A stretch of 64,000 nucleotides of DNA, taken from Clostridia bacterium. Its GTDB lineage: Bacteria > Bacillota > Clostridia > TANB77 > UBA1234. The stretch covers positions 174,361 through 238,360 of the forward strand of contig JAFWVJ010000012.1 of assembly GCA_017518295.1 (NCBI GenBank). The letters are read 5' to 3'. Below, piece after piece: positions 30,846 through 39,577 of this stretch. The translations under genes were made by a program, and so were the position numbers. Under the pieces are notes generated by a model. That model searched no databases and was not told the origin of the DNA. It worked only from the letters and a program-made list of their open reading frames with translations. Every line of letters starts with the position of its first letter. The first letter of the stretch is position 1.

Positions 30846-31139
30846 ATGCAAATTACAGAAGTAAGACTTAAAAAAATTAAATCAGAGGGTAACATGAAAG
30901 CTGTTGCTTCAATCACATTCGATGGTTGCTTTGTTATTCACGACGTAAAAGTTATCGAAAGAAAAGACAAACCACTATTAGTAGTTATGCCAGAAACAAG
31001 AAGAAAAAACGGAACAAAGAGTGATGTAGCTCATCCAATCAATCAAGAAACAAGAGATATGATTACAAATGAAGTTCTTAAAAAATATGATGAGACTCCA
31101 GATGTTGATGATGCTCCAGCAGCTCCAGTTGAAGAATAA
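30846..31139 (+). CDS. spoVG: Septation/regulatory protein SpoVG
   Basis: MQITEVRLKKI...MKAVASITFDGCFVIHDVKVIE...VVMP; acidic C-terminal tail. Confidence 0.9.
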   Translation: MQITEVRLKKIKSEGNMKAVASITFDGCFVIHDVKVIERKDKPLLVVMPETRRKNGTKSDVAHPINQETRDMITNEVLKKYDETPDVDDAPAAPVEE

Positions 31140-31150
31140 ATTATAAATTT

Positions 31151-31180
31151 GGCCCAAGTTTAAATACTTGGGCCTTTTTT
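31151..31180 (+). terminator. Rho-independent terminator (GGCCCAAGT-loop-ACTTGGGCC + T6)
   Basis: Read directly. Confidence 0.8.
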
Positions 31181-31286
31181 ATTTAAAAATCCTTGCATAT
31201 TTACATAAAATATGATAAAGTAAACAAGGTTAAAAGTTACCCTATGTTTCCTTTACTAAATAATTTTAGAAAATGGAGGGTGAAAG

Positions 31287-31775
31287 ATGGAAACTGATAC
31301 TGTAAAGAGAGGTCGGCTTAAGTACTTTGTGAGAAAAACTGGAATTAAGTGTAACAGCTCAATTCAAGCTACTCACTGGCTGGACTGTTTCAATGATGTT
31401 AGTGCTCGTATATATGTTGAAGAAGAGGACAAAGATTATACTGTTGGCCCTCTCGCAAGCATTTCATCTACTAAAGAAATTGTTACTCTTTTGACAGTAA
31501 GCGGTGAAAAATATGAGATTTCCAAGATTCCGAGTAAAAATCGGAGGATTGGTATACCCACATTTATCGTTTATTCTGATAAAAAAGAAGATGTTGAAGA
31601 AGGACGTACAAAGGATCTTTTTGAAGCTAAAAAGTTTATTGATGCAAAGCGTAAGGTACGTGCGTTTTATGATGATGGCTATGGTGTAAAAGCTTATTCA
31701 GGCTTTATTGATGAAATCGACATTGTAGCAAAGACGTTTAAAACGAAGAATAAGCTTACATACTTCTTTAAGTGA
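31287..31775 (+). CDS. Hypothetical 162-aa soluble protein with atypical codon usage; no family recognised
   Basis: SD GGAGGGTG; I counted 174 G+C in 489 nt (about 36%); uses CGG x2, CGT, ACG, CTC, CCC, GCG codons that native neighbours largely avoid. Confidence 0.55.
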   Translation: METDTVKRGRLKYFVRKTGIKCNSSIQATHWLDCFNDVSARIYVEEEDKDYTVGPLASISSTKEIVTLLTVSGEKYEISKIPSKNRRIGIPTFIVYSDKKEDVEEGRTKDLFEAKKFIDAKRKVRAFYDDGYGVKAYSGFIDEIDIVAKTFKTKNKLTYFFK

Positions 31776-31781
31776 GGTTTT

Positions 31782-31809
31782 CGGCTTGCTAATTTAGCAA
31801 GCCGTTTTT
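31782..31809 (+). terminator. Rho-independent terminator (CGGCTTGCTA-ATT-TAGCAAGCCG + TTTTT)
   Basis: 10-bp perfect stem read directly. Confidence 0.8.
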
Positions 31810-31890
31810 AATTTTTGATTTAAAGTATTAAAATATAGACTATTGTATGGTAAAATCCATATATATTTAAGATAGAAGAAAGGGCAAACA

Positions 31891-33705
31891 ATGTTTAATA
31901 TTGGTGAAGAATTAAAAAAGCTTCCTGAAAAGCCTGGCGTATATATTATGAAGGATAAAGACGATAATATCCTTTATGTTGGTAAGGCAGTTGTTCTTAA
32001 AAATAGAGTTAGACAATATTTCCAAAAAACTAATAAAACAGAACGTATAAAGAAAATGGTATCGCAAATTGATCATTTTGAATATATTGTTGTAGACTCT
32101 GAGATGGAAGCTTTAATACTAGAGTGTAATTTAATAAAACTTCATAGACCAAAATATAATGTCTTATTAAAAGATGATAAGATGTATCCATATATTAAAG
32201 TATCTTTAAACGAAAGATTTCCTACTGTAAGAATCGTTAGAAAACGATTAAATGATGGAGCAAAGTATTTTGGACCATATACAAATGGTTATGCTGCAAA
32301 AGAAACAGTAGATTACTTAAACAAAGTTTTTAAGTTAAAGCATTGTAGAAGAATATTTAAAGAAGGGAAAAAAGAAACTCCTTGCTTAAATTATCATATT
32401 AAAAGATGTATGGGTCTTTGCATGGGAATTATATCACCTGAAGAATATATGAAATCAATTGAACAAGTTATGAATATATTAGATGGTAAAGCAGGAAATA
32501 TATTACAATCAATTGAAAATGAAATGAATGAAGCATCAAATAACTTAAATTTTGAAAAAGCTGCTGAATTAAGAGATAAGATAGCTTGTATTGAAAACTT
32601 AATCCAAAAGCAGAAAATTGATAGTTTTAGTGAGAAAGATTTAGATGTCATAGGTATTGTTAAGATATTAGATAAAGCTTGTATTGAGATATTTAGTGTA
32701 AGAAATAGCAGAATGCAAAAAGGAGAAAACTTTATTTTTAAAGATATTTCTTCTGAGTCGGAAGCGGAGCTTTTGGAAGATTTTATTAAACAATATTATA
32801 CAGAAGATAATATACCTTCTAGAATAATGATGAGGTATGAATTACCTTCTCAAGAGCTTATTAAAGAATGGCTTATAAAGTTAAGTGGTAAAAAGAGTAT
32901 AGAGATAAAGACACCAAAAATAGGCGAAAAGATGAGATTTGTTGAGATGGCAGAAAAAAATGCAGAAATAGCACTTCAAAATAAGACGACAGCTATGGAT
33001 GATGAAGAGATCTTGATGGATTTAATGAATCTATTAAATCTAGATGAACTTCCAAAAAGAATTGAAAGTTATGATATTTCTAATATATCTGGAACAAATC
33101 AAGTGGCAGGTATTGTTGTATTTGAGAATGCAAAGCCAAAAAGAAATGAGTATAGAAGATTAAAAATCAAAACAGTTGAAGGACAAGATGATGTTGGATG
33201 TTTAAGAGAGACACTTCTTCGTAGATTAAAGCATGTAGCATATGATTTAAATGAAAATGAGAAAAATCCTTTTGGACCAAAGCCTGATTTAATACTTATG
33301 GATGGAGGAATTACTCAAATAAGAGCTGCTAAAAAAGTAATAGATGAATACGGGCTTGTCATTCCTATATATGGAATGGTAAAAACTGATAAGCATAGGA
33401 CTAGAGCTATTTTAGATGAAAATGGTAAAGAATATGATATATCAAAAAATGACAAATTATTTAATTTTGTTACATTTTTACAAGATGAGGTTCATAATAC
33501 AGCAATAAATTACCATAGAAAACTAAGAGAAGAAGGCATTAAAAAGTCAGAATTAGATGAGATTACAGGAATAGGAGAAAAGAGAAAAAAGGCTCTTCTT
33601 GCTAGATTTAAGTCTGTAAAAAGGATGAAAGAGGCTAAAATAGAAGAATTAGAAGCGGTTGAAGGAATAACTCATGAAATAGCCTTAAAAATCAAGAATT
33701 TATAA
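31891..33705 (+). CDS. uvrC: Excinuclease ABC subunit C
   Basis: GIY-YIG (GVYIMKDKDDNILYVGKA, LKNRVRQYF), UVR domain, endonuclease and C-terminal HhH2 (ITGIGEKRKKALL). Confidence 0.95.
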   Translation: MFNIGEELKKLPEKPGVYIMKDKDDNILYVGKAVVLKNRVRQYFQKTNKTERIKKMVSQIDHFEYIVVDSEMEALILECNLIKLHRPKYNVLLKDDKMYPYIKVSLNERFPTVRIVRKRLNDGAKYFGPYTNGYAAKETVDYLNKVFKLKHCRRIFKEGKKETPCLNYHIKRCMGLCMGIISPEEYMKSIEQVMNILDGKAGNILQSIENEMNEASNNLNFEKAAELRDKIACIENLIQKQKIDSFSEKDLDVIGIVKILDKACIEIFSVRNSRMQKGENFIFKDISSESEAELLEDFIKQYYTEDNIPSRIMMRYELPSQELIKEWLIKLSGKKSIEIKTPKIGEKMRFVEMAEKNAEIALQNKTTAMDDEEILMDLMNLLNLDELPKRIESYDISNISGTNQVAGIVVFENAKPKRNEYRRLKIKTVEGQDDVGCLRETLLRRLKHVAYDLNENEKNPFGPKPDLILMDGGITQIRAAKKVIDEYGLVIPIYGMVKTDKHRTRAILDENGKEYDISKNDKLFNFVTFLQDEVHNTAINYHRKLREEGIKKSELDEITGIGEKRKKALLARFKSVKRMKEAKIEELEAVEGITHEIALKIKNL

Positions 33706-33727
33706 CGACTAATTTACATAAAATAGG

Positions 33728-33756
33728 TTGACATAAGACAAATAAAGTGTTAGAAT
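33728..33756 (+). promoter_or_regulatory. Near-consensus extended -10 promoter TTGACA-17 nt-(TGt)TAGAAT
   Basis: TTGACA 33728-33733, TG 33748-33749, TAGAAT 33751-33756. Confidence 0.6.
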
Positions 33757-33844
33757 ATCATTGGTACCTAGAAAATTATGAAAGGAGCTAAAGAGAGGTT
33801 TTCCCAGTTAGCACAGTTTTCGAGACATCAAAGGAGGAAGCATC

Positions 33845-34126
33845 ATGAAGGAGAAAATGATCAGTATCTTGGAACGGATGAACAAAATGTTTACCAAAAA
33901 GCAGCTGGGTATTTTTACCGCTGTGGTATGCCTGCTGATTTTGGCACTGCTTTTCGGCACCGAAGGCGGCCGCCACATTGCTGAACTTCTCAGCAAGCTG
34001 TTTGTGGTTGTTGCTGTTTTCGGCCTGGGGTATTTCTTCTATTGTACGGTTACCAAGACGGAGTTTAAAGTAACTCCTCGTGGTAAGCATGCAAAAGGAG
34101 CCCATAGGTCTGAGACCAAAGAGTAA
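33845..34126 (+). CDS. Small (93 aa) two-TM membrane protein with basic C-terminal tail, encoded in a GC-rich island
   Basis: AAGGAGG 33831-33837, 7 nt before the ATG; helices GIFTAVVCLLILALLFG and LFVVVAVFGLGYFFYCTV; I counted 129 G+C in 282 nt (about 46%). Confidence 0.5.
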   Translation: MKEKMISILERMNKMFTKKQLGIFTAVVCLLILALLFGTEGGRHIAELLSKLFVVVAVFGLGYFFYCTVTKTEFKVTPRGKHAKGAHRSETKE

Positions 34127-34132
34127 AAAAAT

Positions 34133-34153
34133 GCACCCCAATAATTGGGGTGC
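34133..34153. terminator. Bidirectional terminator GCACCCCAA-TAA-TTGGGGTGC flanked by A7 and T6
   Basis: 9-bp GC-rich stem between the convergent stops at 34126 (+) and 34161 (-). Confidence 0.75.
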
Positions 34154-34160
34154 TTTTTTA

Positions 34161-34640
34161 TTATTTAATTGTTCTAACACTCATTACAGTACCTGTAGAT
34201 TTAATATATAAGGTTTCAACTTGTTTTTGATTTCCAACTTTAAGTTCAACACTTCTATCTGCAAAATATGCTTTATCTGTTTCCATTCCATTTGTTTCAA
34301 CTGTAAGTGTGATATCGAATTTTTCAGGATTTTCTGCAACAACAGCATCACCAGTTGATGTTTCACAGATTACTTTTGCAGGTTCATAATCAATTGCTTT
34401 AATTGTACCAATAGCTAGTTTTGTTTGTGAGTCATAAACAGTATCTCCAGATGCAAATGTTTCTAAGCTATATTTTCTAAGTGCGGGAAATTTAATTTTG
34501 TATTCAATTAAATCCATTTTAGCGTCAGTTTTTGTATGTTCATTTATATTGAATTTAAAATATGCTGCAAAGCAAAGTGCTAATAATAAGATGATAGTAG
34601 CAATATCAAAAATATTGATCTTTTTAAGCTTTAATTTCAT
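34161..34640 (-). CDS. DUF4330-like single-pass membrane protein
   Basis: MKLKLKKINIFDIATIILLLAL... matches my memory of the DUF4330 N-terminus; paralogous to the C-terminal domain of the upstream glycosyltransferase; ATG 34640 preferred over 34664 (follows GGTGA and the GT stop). Confidence 0.55.
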   Translation of the reverse strand: MKLKLKKINIFDIATIILLLALCFAAYFKFNINEHTKTDAKMDLIEYKIKFPALRKYSLETFASGDTVYDSQTKLAIGTIKAIDYEPAKVICETSTGDAVVAENPEKFDITLTVETNGMETDKAYFADRSVELKVGNQKQVETLYIKSTGTVMSVRTIK

Positions 34641-34641
34641 A

Positions 34642-36228
34642 TTAGTCACCAATCCTTTCAACACCTATAATATATCCTCTTGAAGCAAATCCTTTTCCTT
34701 TTATAAATGTTTGGTTTCCAACTTTTATATCATATTGGTTATCAACTAATATGTCTTTACCTTGGATAATTGCATCTGCTTCGATTGTAAGAATCATATT
34801 TTCTTTCCCTTCAACTACAGAAGATTTGTATGCTTTAGAATCTTCATCATATAAATCTCTAGTTGCAGGAATAGTTTCCTTTTTGATTACTTTACCCATG
34901 TAATAATTTTTTATACTATCATATATTTCGGTATTCTCTTCAATCATATTTGCAATTTCTGGTTCTTCTTCATCACTTCTATAAGTATATGTTACTTTTA
35001 CAGTTTGAGGAGCAATTACTTCTGTTTTTCTTAAGAATTTAATTCCAATAAATCCAATAATTATAGCAGCTAAGATAATAAATAAATCAATGATGTTAAA
35101 TTTCTTTTTAAATTTTGTTTCTGACACTTTTTTATACTCCTTTTCAATATTTTTTGTATAAACATCTATTGTAAATTTTTCATAATAAATATCTTTTGAT
35201 TTTTTACTTAATGTTTCATATAACTTTTTATCTTCTAATAATTTAATGATTTTATTTGCGGTTTCTTCTGGAGATTTGATAGGGACTAAGTAACCATTTT
35301 CACCATCTTTTATTACTCCAGGATTTCCACCATAGTTTGTAACTACTGCAGGTACTCCAATGCTCATTCCTTCTAATAATGCTAAACTTGTTGCTTCGGT
35401 TCCATAAGAACAATTAACTTGAATATCAAATATATTAATATAATCAGCTACATTTTTAATGAAACCTGTAAAAATGATTTGATTGTCTAATCCTAATTCT
35501 TTTACTTTTTGTTTTAAAGATTCTTCTTCGTCACCAGTACCCAAGATTAAAAACTTGGCTTTGATACCTTTATCTAAGATTATTTTGGCACTATCTATGA
35601 AATATTCGTGACCTTTTACTTTATTCAATCTTGCTAAAATACCAATTACTTTTTCATCTTGAGAAATATTTAATTGCTTTTTTAATTTTTCTTTTTCTTC
35701 TTTTGACGAAGTAGGTATAGGCTCGACACCATTTAATATAACATCAATCATGTTCTCATTGATGCCACCATCTGTTAGATTTTCTTTAGCTGCTTCTGCA
35801 ACAGCAATTATCCTATCAGATGTAAATTCATTTGCAAATTTATTGATACATCTACCAAGTCCATATTTAATCATATTGCTTACTGGAAATACAGAATGTC
35901 TTGTATAAATAATTTTTGTGCCTTTTACAAATCTTGCAGCAAGTCTTGCAATGAAACTAGCATGTGTATGAACAATATCTGGTTTTTCATTTTTAATGAT
36001 TTTTCTAAGCTTAAAAAATGCTTTTATATCCAAAGATTTATCTTTTAAACCATCAACTTCAATTATTTTTACGTTTGTTTTCTTAAGTTCATTTATTAGT
36101 TCGCTTCCTCTTGGAACGACAACGCTTACATTAAATTCTTTTTTATTATATGACCTACAAAAGTAGATAACACATTTTCCGGCTCCACCAATATTTGAGT
36201 CACTAATTATATTTAGAACTTTAATCAT
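34642..36228 (-). CDS. Family 4 glycosyltransferase fused to a TM segment and C-terminal DUF4330-like domain
   Basis: GT4 features (NIGGAGK, HTHASF, EATSLALLEGMSIGVPAVVTNYGGNPGVI) then KKKFNIIDLFIILAAIIIGFIG and about 150 further aa. Confidence 0.8.
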   Translation of the reverse strand: MIKVLNIISDSNIGGAGKCVIYFCRSYNKKEFNVSVVVPRGSELINELKKTNVKIIEVDGLKDKSLDIKAFFKLRKIIKNEKPDIVHTHASFIARLAARFVKGTKIIYTRHSVFPVSNMIKYGLGRCINKFANEFTSDRIIAVAEAAKENLTDGGINENMIDVILNGVEPIPTSSKEEKEKLKKQLNISQDEKVIGILARLNKVKGHEYFIDSAKIILDKGIKAKFLILGTGDEEESLKQKVKELGLDNQIIFTGFIKNVADYINIFDIQVNCSYGTEATSLALLEGMSIGVPAVVTNYGGNPGVIKDGENGYLVPIKSPEETANKIIKLLEDKKLYETLSKKSKDIYYEKFTIDVYTKNIEKEYKKVSETKFKKKFNIIDLFIILAAIIIGFIGIKFLRKTEVIAPQTVKVTYTYRSDEEEPEIANMIEENTEIYDSIKNYYMGKVIKKETIPATRDLYDEDSKAYKSSVVEGKENMILTIEADAIIQGKDILVDNQYDIKVGNQTFIKGKGFASRGYIIGVERIGD

Positions 36229-37639
36229 GTGTTTCTCCTTTCGATTTATTTAAATATTTTGTATTTGAAATTCCAATAGCTATGACAATCCAAAAGATCA
36301 ATACTAATCTATAGTTGTACCATGTATAATCGGTAGCACTTTGGAGTAGGAAACCAGCTAGTGCTGCTATAGATGCCATAGTCATATAATCTTTTGTCTT
36401 TTTATAATGTATAAGTGTTTCTTTAAAATAGTTATAAATAATTCCAACAAAAACAATAAATCCAACCAATCCGTATTCAACGAATAATTGTAAATATAAG
36501 CTATGTGAATGTGGTGCAACTATTTCACTATACGAATATAATGGATAAATTGTATTAAAACTTGTTGTTCCTAAACCTATTCCACATAAGAAATAGTCTT
36601 TTAACATAGCAATTGTCCCTAGCCAAATAAATACTCTATATGAAGTTGATGTATCTTGCATATTTCCAATACTTAAAAATCTTTCTAATATTGTTTGTGG
36701 CAATATAAATGGTGCTACCACTAATGCAAGTATACCAATCCAAATAAGTCTTTTATCAAATAGTATCGCAAGTATAAAACATGAAAGAATTAATCCTAGC
36801 CAACATCCTCTTGAAAATGTAAGAACTAACGATAGTACCAATATACCAGTAATTCCTGCCCAAAATAGTTTTTTGATAATTCCTTTTGAATCAGCAACTA
36901 GCATTATAGAAAATGGTACTACTAGTAGTAAATATTCACCAAATACATTTGGATTTTGGAATGTAGAGTAGACTCTCATTTTTATATCCTCAAACATTTC
37001 ATCATCTAACCATGCCTGAGAATAAATATCTCCTAAAAAATATTGATATAAACCATATAATGCAGCAACAAATCCAGCTAGAACAAAAACATAAATATAA
37101 AAATTCATTTGTTCTTTAGATTTTACAGTATTAATCCAGACAAAATAGAAGAGTATAAATGAAATACTTAGCATTGCAATTTTTATAGCTTCCATCATAG
37201 CAAGTGATGCTATTGCAGAAAAAGCAACTACAACAGCAAAAGCAAGTATCCAAGAATTTGTTTTAAAATGTACTAATTCAAAATCTTCTTCAACACAAGC
37301 TTTTAATATTAATGTGAATGCAGTGAATAAAACTAAAGCTAAAACGAGCATTGTAGGCAAGAAAGGAGATAATATTAAAACAAAAGTAATCCAGATACTT
37401 GGTTTTGTGAAAATACTTCCTTCTAAAAGAGTATTTAGCCTTAATTTTTTAAATACTAATTGCAATATAGATATTATTTTATTAACAATCTTAATTACTA
37501 TAGAGTTATTTTGTTTTTCAGTTTGATCTTTTTCTTTAAAGAAACCATTTAGAATGGCACTTTTTGAAATTAGATTTTTAATTCCTGCATTTATCCAAAC
37601 AAATAATTTATATAAAAAACTTTCTTTAATTAAGTTCAA
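36221..37639 (-). CDS. O-antigen ligase/polymerase family (Wzy_C-type) polytopic membrane protein
   Basis: About 11 hydrophobic segments; loop motif TFSRGCWLGL; TTG start after AAAGGTGA; 8-nt overlap with the GT gene. Confidence 0.7.
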   Translation of the reverse strand: MNLIKESFLYKLFVWINAGIKNLISKSAILNGFFKEKDQTEKQNNSIVIKIVNKIISILQLVFKKLRLNTLLEGSIFTKPSIWITFVLILSPFLPTMLVLALVLFTAFTLILKACVEEDFELVHFKTNSWILAFAVVVAFSAIASLAMMEAIKIAMLSISFILFYFVWINTVKSKEQMNFYIYVFVLAGFVAALYGLYQYFLGDIYSQAWLDDEMFEDIKMRVYSTFQNPNVFGEYLLLVVPFSIMLVADSKGIIKKLFWAGITGILVLSLVLTFSRGCWLGLILSCFILAILFDKRLIWIGILALVVAPFILPQTILERFLSIGNMQDTSTSYRVFIWLGTIAMLKDYFLCGIGLGTTSFNTIYPLYSYSEIVAPHSHSLYLQLFVEYGLVGFIVFVGIIYNYFKETLIHYKKTKDYMTMASIAALAGFLLQSATDYTWYNYRLVLIFWIVIAIGISNTKYLNKSKGETHD

Positions 37640-37832
37640 ATTATGTCACCTTTTCCTTTAATATTCTGAAACGAAGAATATCATATTTTTTTCTTTTAAT
37701 CAATATGCTAATTAACATAATTCAAGCACTTATAAGTCACTGTTTAAAGGAATATTGCTATTTCTACTAGATTTAGTCTACTTTTTTATGTATAATAACA
37801 TTTAGATTTTATTCCATGAGGGGAAGATTAAA

Positions 37833-39548
37833 ATGATTGACTTTAAAGAAAAGATTGCAATAGCTATCTCAAAAATTACAAATATTGATGCAGATGAGAT
37901 AAAAAGATATATAGAAGTGCCTCAAAATAACGAAATGGGGGACTTTGCTTTTCCATGCTTTAAATTAGCTAAAGAGCTTAAAAAAGCACCTCAAATGATA
38001 GCTGAAGATATTAAAAATAGCTTTTTTGATGGCGAAAATGCTGAAATAAGCACCTATGTAGGTAAAGCTAATGTTGTTGGTGGATATCTAAATGTATTTG
38101 TAAAAAAAGATGTTTATATAGAAGATGTTATGAAAGAAGCTATAACAAAAGGTAGTAATTATGGTAGAAGTAGTATAGGCAATGGAAAAACAATCGTAAT
38201 AGATTATTCTTCTCCTAATATAGCAAAGCCTTTTCATATTGGTCATTTACGTTCAACAGTTATTGGAAATTCTTTATATAAACTATATGACTTTTTAGGA
38301 TATAAAGTAATAGGAATAAACCACTTAGGTGACTGGGGCATGGGCGTGTGTCGTACAATTGCTGGATATTTAATGTGGAAAGATGAATATGATTTTACTA
38401 CTAGACCTATAGATGCTATTTTAGCTATATATGTTAGATATAATAAGATAGAAAAAGAAGATCCTGATTTTAAACAACATGCAGTAGATGCACTTAAAAA
38501 ACTTGAAGCAGGAGATGAAGAAATAACAAAGATATGGAAATGGATAATTGAGGTTAGTTTAGAAAATTATCAAAAGATATATGACTTAATGGATTGTAAA
38601 TTTGATTCATATAATGGTGAAGCATTTTACAATGACAAAATGGATAGAGTTATCAAAGAATTAGAAGATAAAAATTTATTGGTAGAATCAGAAGGAGCAA
38701 AAGTAGTTATGATGGATGAAGATATTCCTCCATGTATGATTTTGACTTCACAAGGTACTACTATTTATGCAACTCGTGATTTAGCAGCATTATTATATAG
38801 AATAGATAACTATAAATTTGACAAGTGCTTATATTTAGTTGCAAGCGAACAATCACTTCATTTTAAACAAATCTTTGAAACACTATCTAAGATGGGTTAC
38901 AAAGAATATGCTGATAGATGTGAGCATATACCTTTTGGTCTTGTGCTAGATGAAGATGGACAAAAGATGGGATCTCGTAAAGGTAATGCTACAACTTTAG
39001 AAGAAATCTTTAATGAGTCAATTGAAAAGTCACTAAAGATAATAGAAGAGAAAAATCCAGATTTGGAAGATAAAAATAAAGTTGCAGAAAAAGTTGGCGT
39101 AGGAGCAATTATTTTTAATGATTTAGCTAATTCAAGAATTAAAGATGAGATATTTGATTGGAATCAAATATTGAACTTTAATGGAGAAACTGGACCATAT
39201 TTACAATATACATATGTAAGGACTAGAAGTATATTGAGAAACTTAAATGAGGTTCCTCAAGAAGCGGATTATAAGCTTCTAAATGATAAAGAAGGATATG
39301 AAGTAGTTAGATTAATTGGAAGTTTTGCAGACACTGTAAAACTAGCTTGTGATAAAAATGAACCATCAATAGTTTCTAGATATCTTTTAGACTTAGCAAA
39401 AGCATTTAGTAGATTTTATAACGAACATCATGTAATTTGTGATGATAAGAATGTTCAAAACGCACGTGTTTTATTAACTAAAGTAGCAGGTGATGTTATT
39501 AAAGAAGGTCTTTCTCTTCTTGGAATCCGCTGTCCTGAAAAGATGTAG
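37833..39548 (+). CDS. argS: Arginine--tRNA ligase
   Basis: SSPNIAKPFHIGHLRST (HIGH), MGSRKG (KMSKS-like), C-terminal anticodon-binding domain. Confidence 0.93.
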   Translation: MIDFKEKIAIAISKITNIDADEIKRYIEVPQNNEMGDFAFPCFKLAKELKKAPQMIAEDIKNSFFDGENAEISTYVGKANVVGGYLNVFVKKDVYIEDVMKEAITKGSNYGRSSIGNGKTIVIDYSSPNIAKPFHIGHLRSTVIGNSLYKLYDFLGYKVIGINHLGDWGMGVCRTIAGYLMWKDEYDFTTRPIDAILAIYVRYNKIEKEDPDFKQHAVDALKKLEAGDEEITKIWKWIIEVSLENYQKIYDLMDCKFDSYNGEAFYNDKMDRVIKELEDKNLLVESEGAKVVMMDEDIPPCMILTSQGTTIYATRDLAALLYRIDNYKFDKCLYLVASEQSLHFKQIFETLSKMGYKEYADRCEHIPFGLVLDEDGQKMGSRKGNATTLEEIFNESIEKSLKIIEEKNPDLEDKNKVAEKVGVGAIIFNDLANSRIKDEIFDWNQILNFNGETGPYLQYTYVRTRSILRNLNEVPQEADYKLLNDKEGYEVVRLIGSFADTVKLACDKNEPSIVSRYLLDLAKAFSRFYNEHHVICDDKNVQNARVLLTKVAGDVIKEGLSLLGIRCPEKM

Positions 39549-39577
39549 TTTTATATTTATTATAAAGGAGTGTTTCC

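Noticed and set aside
33768-33844. Possible riboswitch in the 75-nt leader of the small membrane protein gene. AGAGAGGTTTTCCCAG is vaguely preQ1-like, and fluoride-type was also considered because of the small membrane protein.
   Set aside because: I could not find the complementary P1 strand, the A-rich tail of preQ1-I, or the conserved fluoride-motif segments. The leader shows no convincing stem by eye.
33778-34180. Alternative ORFs in the GC-rich cassette: 33778..33984 (+, 68 aa), 33788..34180 (-, 130 aa) and 33808..33996 (-).
   Set aside because: Higher G+C simply removes stop codons in all frames. Only the 33845 ORF has a correctly spaced AAGGAGG and a coherent two-TM architecture, and the others lack an SD. 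The antisense 130-aa ORF would have to start inside the bidirectional terminator.
37640-37832. T-box leader upstream of argS.
   Set aside because: The spacer is only about 190 nt and is shared with the divergent operon. I found no T-box sequence (AANNNGGGTGGTACCGCG-like), no specifier-loop architecture and no terminator/antiterminator pair.
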